From assembly GCA_009103225.1 (NCBI GenBank), contig RHPI01002402.1:1025412-1089411 (forward strand): DNA of 64,000 nt, read 5' to 3'. The notes beneath the pieces were generated by a model. That model saw only the letters and a list, made by a program, of their open reading frames with translations. It searched no databases and was not told the DNA's origin. The number at the start of each line of letters is the position of its first letter. Positions within the stretch are counted from its first letter, which is position 1. This document shows positions 46,751 to 57,449 of this stretch, piece after piece. Made by a program: the position numbers and the translations under genes. Source of the DNA: Chlorokybus atmophyticus. Its lineage: Eukaryota > Plantae > Mesostigma and Chlorokybus algae.

Positions 46751-49099
46751 GTGGAAACTAGGAGGTGCATGTGTGATAGACGTAGCACATTTTGGATTGC
46801 TTAGCTGGTCTTGTTTGGCATGCTCTGCCACTGGTTGTGCCAACACCCCGCAACCATCTCAACGCCGTCTTGCTGGATAGTGTAGTGAGGGATGTGTGCG
46901 CCAAGCTGCCCTGGTCAAACGATTGAGAGCTGCTACACAACCTCCTGGTGCACATAGCAGACATTGGAGCAGCGCGAGGCACACTCTTGAAAAACTTGTG
47001 CTCGCGTGCAAGGCAAACAATAGTGCACATAATAAGGCAAGTAAATAATGATGGTGGGGGCTCAAGCAGAGTTCACAACGCAGACTCGCATACATCAAGA
47101 CTCATACTACCCACCTAGCACTGAGACCGGCAAGTAGCATGCATGGTGGAGGCAAGTAGGGGAGGCAGCAATTGGGAACAAGCACCACCTGCAGTGCAAC
47201 GGCCACAAGAAAGAGGTAAGTGACAGGTAAGTGAGTGCGGAGAGCAGTGCTAGTAGTGCCTGCATGTACATACAGTGTGACATATGTCAGGGGCTGATTT
47301 GAATGTAATGAACTGCTTGCCAACATGTTACATTATGCTGGCGTTACAATTGCCCATTCGCTACGGACACTTGACCTATTAACCTATCGGGTCTTCAGCT
47401 GCTAGCATGCTGAGTGGACTACGGACAAGTCAGACTGCTGGTAGGACCGTGCAACATATTAAAGACGTAACGGCAGCGAGGAGACAGCGGCGGGGGCCAA
47501 GCAGTTGTTGCGCGTTGTCGTCATCGTCATGCTTGCTGATGTGCTTGAAGACCTCCCGGGCTGACCTCTACCTCTCTTGCTTGCTGCTTCCCATGTCATA
47601 TCTTGCTGCTTCCCATATCAGTCACAAAGTGCAAACGGTAAGTACTCTAGCGAATGAAACAAATGCACTGTGATACCAATACACCCAGCTTAGCCTGTTT
47701 TGCAACATCTGCATGTGGGTGAGGTGCTTGTCATCGTGGGATGGCAGCGAAGTGCTGCTCATCCAGCTTGCAGTACACGCAAGAGCATATACCTATATCC
47801 TGGGTCTGGAACAAGGTCATATCCAAGAAGTGCACGCCAGAACCAATTGCAGACTGTGTTAGTCAGAGTGTCATGCGGTAAATACCTCCACCCACAACAT
47901 CAGCAGTAGAGTACATGACTGATGCAAAATCTGGCACACCCAGCATCAAAAGATCATGTGATGCCGGCCCAAGCTAGATATGCTTATATACCACACTTGT
48001 GACGACAATGTAACTTGCAATGCAATTGTGTATAACACTCTTGCTATGACACAACACTCGCACATCACCTTACACACAAATCACTCTCAACTTGTGCAAT
48101 GCTTATGTCTTTACACTTGTGTGTTGCACTCTTGGCACATCACAAGACTAAAGACTCACACTAGCTTACAACAAGTCACTCTCAACTTGTGCAAGACTAC
48201 TGGTGTGTTACAACAATAATAGCAATTCACAACAAGTAGCCTCCTTAGTCTGGCACCCCCTTCAATGATCTTCCCAAACAGCCCACTTGTAGAGCCTTCC
48301 CTAGGATGCACACGCACCTGCACAAGCGCTTAAATGCCTCAAGCTTGCATCTTTGACTAGTGAACGCTTGCTCACTGATATACAAGCCTTGGTCAGATTT
48401 GATTTTGACTTGTAACCATTGTTGACTCACTCTTTGACTCTGGCAAGGGAGTTATAACTCTATGGTGCCACGTTTGGACCACACACGCAATGGCGTGTGG
48501 CGATCAACCTACCTCTCATGCCCTCACATGGGCATTGTAACGAAACCACCCACTTACTTGCTGGGCGGCTTGGCAAACTTATGCACAAGCACAAGGACTT
48601 ACTACTGGAAGCCCTACCAGCGTCACTGGTGCAGTACCTTGCAAAGGAAGTCACAGCACTGCACCAAGGAAGGAGAGGATGACACCAACCTCTCTACTCA
48701 GCTCCCACACACTCACACACTCAAGCACACCTCACACACATGTGCAAAGCTGCCACGGACATCACACCCCACATGGGATGAGAGGGAGAGCCCCTTGAAC
48801 AACTAAACTAGGCACCCCACACACAAGAGTCGAGTATGCACATGCTGAGCTGCCTCAACACATGTTGAGGCCGTTCATATACCCTCTCTTTGCTGCTCTC
48901 CAACCCCGAACATCCAAGTCCAAGGCTACATGCCTTGTCATGGCTGCGTTGACCAGAAGTCATGTCTAGGGCTGCCACATCAGCCCTTGGACCTCTTTCA
49001 ATGCCCAAGACTGATCACACATCAGCCTCGGACATCACACACATCATCCTTAGACGTTGTGAACGTCCTTGGCTGGTCACATCAGCCTAAGACATCATA

Positions 49100-49282
49100 C
49101 TCATGCATACATATGCATCCTTATGCATACATATGCGCGCATATGCACACATATGCGCATGCATGCATATACATGCATACATCTAGTACATACCTCTCAT
49201 GCACGCATATGCACTCATATGCGTACATGTGCACACATATGCAAACACATGCATACACATGCGGACATATGCACACATATGT
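49100..49282. repeat. Degenerate 10-bp minisatellite (consensus ~CATATGCACA)
   Basis: Successive units catatgcatc/cttatgcata/catatgcgcg/catatgcaca/...catatgcact/catatgcgta/catgtgcaca/catatgcaaa. Confidence 0.8.
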
Positions 49283-49842
49283 CTTTGTACATCGCATGAT
49301 GTCTCATCGTCTATGATCAGCCCTGTGCTTGCCATCATGCCTTGTGTAGTTCATCATGCTCAAGGCTGCACAGGCTCTAGAGCAGACCTACATGAGAGCA
49401 CACCCACAAGCACTACACACGCTTGCGTAGTGTGGGTCCCCACTTGGTCTCATCTTACTTACCACATAAGTAAGGGACAGAGAATGACTTTTGCCTGCCC
49501 TGTGGGCGTGACAGGCATGTGCTTGGCTGAGAATGCCTCGTCATTGGCTTACCTCCATTGCACATAGCTTATGCGAGTTGCAACTCCCAACCCATGTGCC
49601 CATACTTGATGTGCTCAGCCTACACACACACACCAAGCTGTACCTCAAGCTTCCCGCTTGAGACAGCTAAGCTCAAGCCCACAATATGTGCAACATTGCA
49701 CACGTCTGATTTGGGGCCTTTCTGACCGTCAGATCTTACGCCCTATCTATCGGGCCTGTTCAAACCGTTGGATCTGTTGGCAGTCTCGTGTGACTGTCGT
49801 ATGACGCGTGACTGCCGTCTGGCGGATAGCTATAACCCTAAC

Positions 49843-49847
49843 TGTTG

Positions 49848-49881
<34 letters not shown>

Positions 49882-49920
49882 AGCGGTCGCTGTCGCTATC
49901 GCTGTCGCTATAGCTATCAC
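49843..49920. repeat. (TGTCGC)n hexamer repeat
   Basis: About 12 imperfect units directly visible. Confidence 0.85.
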
Positions 49921-50229
49921 TGCAGCTGGCGACTTCGACGTTATCACTATTGTAAGGAATAGCAAGCTGTTATGCTTATAAAGTAATATACCAACGATAA
50001 ATTGGCAACCTCATGCGCTTGCTAAAGGCACAATTACTAGCCTTGATACTATAACATGCGCATGCACGCTCTTGCAACCATTGTTGCTCATTTGCATAAA
50101 CATCCCAAGTAATTTTAACTTTATAACAAGTACTGATTAAAGACACTCGTTACATTCCTCCCCACCTACTCTTTGACATCCTCGTCAACTAATTGAACTG
50201 CTACGGGACATAGGGTTGATCATGCCTTA

Positions 50230-50800
50230 TAATAGCAACTTCATGGGTCCGAAGAGAGGTTGGCTTGGGGGTTGCATCATAGTACCCGATGTCATCCGGA
50301 ACGCACACTCACCGGTGGAAGTGCGAAGTGTATAGCACTGCATACTGTGCGAAGTATGCGTGTATGCGTATGTCGTCATGGAAGTCCACCATGCGAGATA
50401 TTGCGTTGCGCAACACTCGCAGGTCGCATAGACGCTTGGCGGATGTACCCGCCATGGTCTTGGCGACAGCGTACACATCTTCCCAAAGCAGCATGCAGTC
50501 CTTGTACTCCACAGGACCTAATTTCTAGAGTAGTCCGTCAAACTGCTGCAACCCGCGCATCACTGAAGGAAATGTTAAAGCACGAATTTGGTGCAGGGAG
50601 TGTATCTCATCAATCCACTAGCTCCATGTCGTGTCTGCCCGTCCCGTTATGTCCTCCAACTCCGGCACGTCCGTAATGTCAAGGAGCGAGTCCTCTTCCC
50701 ATATCGGTTCCGAACTTAGAAACTCACGAAGTTGCAGCCCCCCAAGTTCGCACATTATCATCTGCACAGCGGCCATCAAGGTGCGAGATGGTGCACTGCC
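50230..50800 (-). pseudogene. Decayed ORF of unknown family
   Basis: A single frame reads ...MCELGGLQLREFLSSEPIWEEDSLL...TTWS*WIDEIHSLHQIRALTFPSVMRGLQQFDGLL*KLGPVEYKDCMLLWEDVYAVAKTMAG...HAYFAQYAVLYTSHFHR*VCVPDDIGYY, with three isolated stops (TAG, TAG, TGA). Confidence 0.55.
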
Positions 50801-52269
50801 AGCATTACGAGAGACACACAAGACGCACACACACGCACACACACGCACACACGCGCACACACACACACTACAATCACGAGTCAGAGCATGCACAGAACTA
50901 AGCAGACTCACGCATGCAGATGAGCATACACACGCACAGATGATTGCCTAACAGATGCCAGAGCACAGCACAGCAGCACACACATGCAGCCCCGCCAACA
51001 GCATTCGCAGCCCACGCCACACAGCCTAACCAACGACTTCCAACAAGACAGCACCAACATCGTCCATTCCACATGCGTGCATCGCCTAACAGACAACCAC
51101 ACAGATACGACACAGCATGCAACACCAGGTAGGCCTCGCAGTCACACAGTGTGCCTTCCCAGCAGCCACATGCACGCTACCTTCACAATTCAGCCACAGG
51201 AATGCACACAAGCAGCCAACATGACTCACCCGGCTCTCGCTTAGCACCGGCATAGCGTGCAGCGGCTGTTGTCCAGGTGGTCCAGGTGTGCGCCGCCCTT
51301 TTTGCCGCCCTGCTTGCTGTGAGTGCAAGGAGATTGTGCCTCATTCAAGCCGGCATCTGCCAACCCTAGCAGCAAACCTTGACAACCTATCAAACCCGTC
51401 AAATCACAGGCTGCAGACGGCAGCTATTGCGGGTGTTGGCGATCGGCACATAACCATCCGCCGCCTCTTTGCGGAAGCAGCGATGGAAGGTGACATGGAG
51501 GTGAACCAGCAGGTAAGGCACAACACACACAGCCTCGGTGTTCTGCACGCAGGCTGTTAACAGAGTGCCAGCCCAGTTGGGACGTTGTTTGCTGTTTGCT
51601 TGTTGTTTTTTGTTCGTGGCACACAATCGGGCGGTGTATCTTGTTCTAACACAGGGTGCGGTCTTGGTGGGCCAGGTAGCTGACTCACAATCGATGAACC
51701 ACGCGGTGAGTTGAGGCGCATGTGCATGCCTTCTGTCTCTATCGAAAGGTGGCACAGTGTTTGCGTTAACATCCTAGTTTTTTTAGGCAATCACCACAGT
51801 TGCTATGGGCAGTTTTGTCACGATGTTGCATCACTCTCTTGCATGATAACAGGTGGACGCAGATGTGGTCCAGCCACCTGCCCCACCCAACTTGACTAAC
51901 AACATTTGTTCGGACTCTCATGCATGCTGCTGCTGTCCTCCACATTGATTGAAATTGCCATGGTGCACTTGCAATGCATGTGCCATGTCCAAATCCGCTG
52001 TAAGTCACAAGTAGTTGCCATGCAGGCGTTGCCTCTCCAAGCCACCACCAACGTCAATGCGGGTCTTCCAGAGGACGGTGCATGAAGGGTCCTAGACGAC
52101 ACTACACGCATGAACAGTCACAATACCTCCGACATGGTATGCACAACTCTTGTCAATTGCATATGTGTGGATCCCTGTTGATGCATATACAACAGCAGTG
52201 GCGCATATGCACCACTGCTTATGCACGGAGGCATACGCGCACGCAGTGGTGGTTGCACAGGCAGTACAG

Positions 52270-52801
52270 ATAACACCCTACCCCAGGAGCTCCAAGTCAA
52301 GAGAGTGCGCCTGGGGAGACCAGTCCGCATTACTGGCAGACCTTCCTTGAACAACCGGCCGAGGGGAAGACACTGAAGGAAGCGGCGGATGCAGCCGCGC
52401 TCGATGCTGACACCATACTCCAAGGCCACACTGTTGCACAACAATCCTTTGGCATCAACGACACGCCGCCTGCGAACATTGGCGAGGGAGGGGTTGTGGA
52501 GCCGCCTCACCCAGCTGCCGATGTAGCGACGCAGCCGGATGCGGACACAACACTCGCCACACATCTGCAGCAAGCACAAGAAAAGCAGCACCGTCTACAA
52601 CGCAAAGAGGACAGGTGCATTGATGACGTCAACAACCTGAAAAAGATGCTCAAGAAGGCACAGGCAGACCTGAAGACTGTCGGGCCGTCAAAAAAAGGAG
52701 AGGCTCAACACAAAAAAGACCCAATCAAGCCCAAAATCAAGGGAGTCCACGAGTCCCTAATGGCTGCCAGAAAAGCCCAACGCCAGGTGCAAATACCATG
52801 A
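52270..52801 (+). pseudogene. Coiled-coil/Lys-rich ORF fragment in the TE-rich region, unidentified
   Basis: Frame open for ~175 codons, including LATHLQQAQEKQHRLQRKEDRCIDDVNNLKKMLKKAQADLK. No start codon or homologue recognised. Confidence 0.35.
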
Positions 52802-52829
52802 TGCACTTTACTTGAGACAGGATGTGCCA

Positions 52830-53840
52830 ATCTAATCTTCGGCTTCAGAGCTGTCCGAGCTGTCAGAGACTGCCATGCTGCAGTCCGCATCATCAAAAGT
52901 GGCGCTGTCGATCTCCGCCTGCTTGTCCCACGCTTTGTTGAACTTGGCCTAGAGCTTTTTCAAGTAGAGGCGCATGCGCTTCATGTTGTTTTGGTATCTG
53001 GACTTGCGGATACTGAGTTCCACTTTTTGTGCAAGCAATGCTACCAGACTTGTGCATAGATTGCCTACATTGCAGAGCTCTAATGCATTGACCTCATTGA
53101 TGGCCATCTTGTAGCTGCCTCCCTCTTCGTCGCACTCCTTCAGCTGCTCTTTGTTTTGATCCTTCAGCGCTCTCACCTGTTCATACAAGCGGTAACCAAG
53201 CAATGTTGTCGGCACATTTAAGAGTCAATGCCTGATGATGCTTACCTCCCTGGCCAGCTTGGCAATTTTCTTGTTCTGGGCTGTCACCTACTGAGTTAGG
53301 CGATAACCTGCAACCTGCAAAGCCAAGCACGGAGTTGGTGCATATATTGACGCACAAATTCACGCAATACTTGTCCCTGTGTTGTACATTGCATGTGTCG
53401 CTTGTTACAAGCAAAACCCGTGTGTGCTTGTACAAGTGCATGCACGCCAGCATGCAACAGACAGCAAGCACGATGCCTTAGATTAGATTGGCTTGAGGCA
53501 ACATTGACACACAAATGCACGTAGCATTAGCGCACACACCCCGGATGTGGTGCGCATTACAAACTCACATTTCTTCTGCCACTTAATCAGCATCGCCTGT
53601 AAGTCAACATCACCAGGCCCTGCCGCCGCCGCCTTCGCCGCCGCTGACGTACTGCCTCCTTGCATAATAGCACCAGCGGCAAGTGCACCCCTACCCTTGC
53701 CCTCCACAACCAATAATACCTGGCCGCCCCTATGCCCCCGCCTAACAACAACCACATTGCCGGTACACGCCACAACAACTACATTAGGGCCGCCCCTACG
53801 CCTCTGCCTAACAACAAACACCCTAAGCGGGACCACCTTT
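52830..53840 (-). pseudogene. Intron-containing coiled-coil pseudogene, unidentified
   Basis: Exon-like blocks AAAKAAAAGPGDVDLQAMLIKWQKK / VTAQNKKIAKLARE / VRALKDQNKEQLKEC...NNMKRMRLYLKKL*AKFNKAWDK, with GTGAGT and GTAAGC donors and isolated TAG stops. Confidence 0.35.
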
Positions 53841-54181
53841 CAGCCGTCTGGCATCGAACCTCTCACGCCTGAGCATGATGAGACGTAGACAACAAATGAC
53901 ACCTACCACAGCTGTTCACAACCTATACATGACGACAGGCTTGACACCTTTCACCTTCAACATGTCACCCTAACTACGCCGAGTGAGCCGCCACTCAATC
54001 AAACCGACATGAGCACAATTATATGTCGTTGATATTACGTTATGAGAAAAAGGTATGTTAGGCCTTGGTAGTGTACTCAGAAGTCTGACTAACATGATCA
54101 GATCTCATGATCAACTCTCGGCGTTCATGACGATGTCTGTGATTTTTGTAACACAATTGAAAATTGTTCGGACGTTGATAC

Positions 54182-54655
54182 CAGTCGCAACTTGCAAGTG
54201 GTGCAACACCACGACACGTTGCGCTATGCCAGGGTGAGGAGTGGCTTCAATAAGCCAAGGCTGTAGAAGTTTCAGCCAGGTGACTTTGTCTACCTGCAGA
54301 GAAAGACCAAGGGCACGATGGATACGAGTGCGAGTCGACCATCCTTCGTGTGAAGAAGCTCCTCAACAACGGTGTGTTGTTGTTGGAGGGAGTTGATGCC
54401 AGGACCACCAAGGAGCACATGAAGAGCTGCGCTCCTTGCCATCCGCCAAACGTGGATGACAGTGTGGATCCGGCTCTGGCAATACCAGATGTGGGCCACC
54501 GATATGAGCGGTGTGGCCGAGCAGAGGGCTGGGACACCATGCTACTATGCGACAGGTGTGTTGCCGGTTGGCACATGGAGTGCCTTCGTCCACCACTTGA
54601 GGAGATCCCTGATGGAGCATGGTACTGTCCGGCGTGTACGAGGACTACGCGATGA
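54182..54655 (+). mobile_element. Ty3/gypsy integrase C-terminal fragment with PHD finger (decayed)
   Basis: VQHHDTLRYARVRSG...*KFQPGDFVYLQRK..., then a frameshift, then ILRVKKLLNNGVLLLEGVDARTTKEHMKSCAPCH. The PHD is (Y)ERC...MLLCDRCVAGWHMECLRPPLEEIPDGAWYCPAC (54503-54637), with the first Cys apparently mutated TGT>TAT. Confidence 0.85.
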
Positions 54656-54710
54656 GCGTGTGAGTCAGCTGAAGGCGCACGAAGGCGCTCAGCTGCAGGG
54701 GGTGGTTACA

Positions 54711-54856
54711 CGCATCTTTCATGTGTGTGTCTACCATGTGATGGGAGACAGTGCATGAGACAGCATGACATGGTCTCATGGTGTACAACTGCATGCGGAC
54801 ATGCATGACAAGGTGGCTTACGACGCGTTCGAGCCACGATGAGGGAAGGCACGACA
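54711..54856. repeat. 146-bp direct repeat, copy 1 (copy 2 at 55635-55780)
   Basis: cgcatctttcatgtgtgtgtc...gagggaaggcacgaca; 9 mismatches in 146 by manual comparison. Confidence 0.92.
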
Positions 54857-55634
54857 GCTGTCATGCGGGGGCATGTAGTGTCATGTGCATGGTGCCCTCG
54901 GAGCTGGCGGCATGGATGGACCTTGGAATTTCGGCTCTTATAGCCAATTCACAGGGTTATGTGTTAGGGTTTCGTTGGGAACTCATGTTTGGGTCCTCAT
55001 GGACGTAAGGGAGGTGTGTTCGAGGCGTATCTACAGTCAGATACCAAGCTGACGGCATATTTGAGTCATTATAATATCCCGCGCAGCTGTTTTTGAGTTG
55101 TGACTTCAAGAAGCCATAACTTACCGTTGGAGTGGCGGTTTGGCCGTGGGTTGGCATCAAAAGATGCGTCTTGAAGTGTACTTGAAGAAGATGAGCTTGG
55201 ACAAGCCTTTCCTAACCGTCTATGGTTACTTATCAACGCCATCATGACTGTTACTATGCTGGTGCAGACTGACAGTTAGGGTAGTTGGAAAGTTGGTTGG
55301 GCTTGGGGTGAAACGGTGTTATATAAGGCTTTGCTAGCTTGTTTCCTACTTTGGTTGGATGCAAGTTGGCCTACCGAAGTGCAAGCAATACCTTTGGGAA
55401 GAGGTTCTTGGCTGAGCGGATGTTTGTGCACATGCTTGCATGTATGGTGTGTGCATGTGTTGCTGTGCGTTGCTGTGCATGAAGGGGAGTGTGTCACTGT
55501 TGCGACTTGATGCACTGTATGGGCTGCCTTCACATGTACGTTGAGTGAGGATTGAGTTTGGACTGATCTACATGAGGGAACGGCTGATTGCAAGTCAAGT
55601 TGTGGTCATCTTGCCTACCTTTTGCAAGGGGACC

Positions 55635-55780
55635 CGCATCTTTCATGTGTGTGTCTTCCCTGTGATGAGAGACAGTGCATGAGACATCATGACATGGTCT
55701 TATGGTGTACAATAGCATGCGGACATGCATGACAAGGTGGCTTACGACGAGGTCGAGCCACGATGAGGGAAGGCACGACA
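55635..55780. repeat. 146-bp direct repeat, copy 2
   Basis: See copy 1. It ends exactly where the minus-strand gypsy RT remnant is truncated. Confidence 0.92.
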
Positions 55781-57400
55781 CTGAACAACCTTGTGAGAGG
55801 AGTGGCTTTGGATGAATATCCAAGTATGAATTGTTGGAAGTAGTTTGCTAGGCCTAAGAATGACCGTGCATCGGACACAGTTTTAGGTGTTGGCCAATCG
55901 CTCACATCCGCCACCTTTCGTGGGTCGGGTTTAAGTTCGTCATTGCCAACAATATGGCCTTGAAATAAAATTCTTTTTTGAAAAAGTTACACTTCTCTAA
56001 GGAAGCATAAAATTTGTGCTTTCTTCGTATGTCAAACAATAATTGCAAGTGTTCCTTATGCTCTTCTTCACTGTTGCTATGAATCAATACGTCATTAAAG
56101 TACACTAATACAAAGTTGATATATTCCGACAATATATGATTCATAACCGATTGAAAAGTGGCCGGTGCATCCTCAATCCAACGCGTTCGGATGAGCACGT
56201 TAGAGCCCTTAAGGCAACACTTTGTATTGATAGTGCCCATTATGTGTACGGAATGCGATTTTAGGCACATCTTCTTTGGATATCTTAATTTGATGATAAG
56301 CGGTCGTAAGGTTTGTGGAGTCAAAGCACTTTGCATGCTTCAACCGATTAAACAAGTCATCCTGTCTTGGGATTGGGTACATGTTCTGATCGTTATGTTG
56401 TTTAATGGCCCATAATGAACGCACATGCGTAGACCTCTATTGTTAGGCTTATGAACAAACAAGATTGGTGCGGCGTATGGAGAAACGAGGTTTTATTAGC
56501 CTTTTGGCTAACACCCTGTGACTTGCTTTACCATCTCCGTGAACTCAATCGGACTAAGCCTGTACAAAGGCCTAGTTGGAGGAACCGTGTTCTCTTTAAG
56601 TGGGATGGTGTACCACACATCTCTCACCGGAGGTAGGGGTGGCAACTCATCCATAAAGACATCAATGTTCTTCATCACAAGAGAGTCTTGTGGTCCCTTC
56701 TTCTCAAGTTCCTCTTAGGTGGCTACCAATATGAATGCCATGAAACCCATAACTTCGGGTTCATTCTTTGCTGTGTCCTTTGGTTGAAGGGCATTGATTA
56801 AACTCGGTACTTGAGTTCGCTTAGGTAGCTTACTTGCTGAAGGGTTCAACACATACCAGTGTGCTCCCCTATGCACTACACAAGTGCGCTTAGCAACATC
56901 CAATTGCATTTGCACTTTGATGTGCCAATCTTCACCCAAGATCACTGGTATTCCTTGTATACTCATAGATATAATATGGAACAAAACTTTGGCTTTATAG
57001 TTTCCAAGTTGAGTAGTAGGCAACTCTATTTGCCCTTGACTCGACACTTGTAAACCGTTCACGGTTTGGAAGCTACATGTTGTATTTAGTTCTACCTTAG
57101 CCATTGCTTCTTGTACCAACATTGCGTCAATGTTGATACACATGATGGAGTAAGAACAATTGCTCGTGAGTGAGGGAAGTCATGCTTGTGGTCTAAATAC
57201 TTTTGAACGCTAGACTTTAACATAGAAGTTTGTGCATAAACTAGAATGCGAGAATGAGCTTCATTTAATTGAGTCACCATCGGTAGCTTAAAGCACTCAA
57301 AGTCTAATGACACTTCACATTCAAGAGGAAGTGTAGAACTTATCGCGTGGTGCATATCGCGTGGTGCATAGGCATGCGTGTGTTGTACTTGGTTATGTGT
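55781..57400 (-). mobile_element. Old Ty3/gypsy pol remnant (protease-RT-connection), heavily decayed
   Basis: VILGEDW; DELPPLPPVR...TIPL...RPLYRLSP; SPYAAPILFV...LRMCV; YPIPRQDDLFNRL; AYHQIKI...KIAFRTHNGHYQYKVLP; APATFQSVMN; VLVYFNDVLIHS (YLDD degraded); ARSFLGLANYF. Many stops and frameshifts; AT-rich relative to its flanks. Confidence 0.92.
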
Positions 57401-57449
57401 TTCATTAGACTCCACCAACTGCCTGCCATAGTACATGGCACACACCCAC

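Noticed and set aside
47700-47862. Possible second, very degraded PHD finger (CNIC...GSEVLL...AYTYILGL...CRLC)
   Set aside because: Too many of the C4HC3 ligands are missing to support the call.
48460-48690. Weak gypsy-like peptides (HMGIVTK...YYWKP; KHKDLLLEALP) and a 19-bp direct repeat at 48081/48176
   Set aside because: Similarity is too fragmentary. Probably TE debris, but unassignable.
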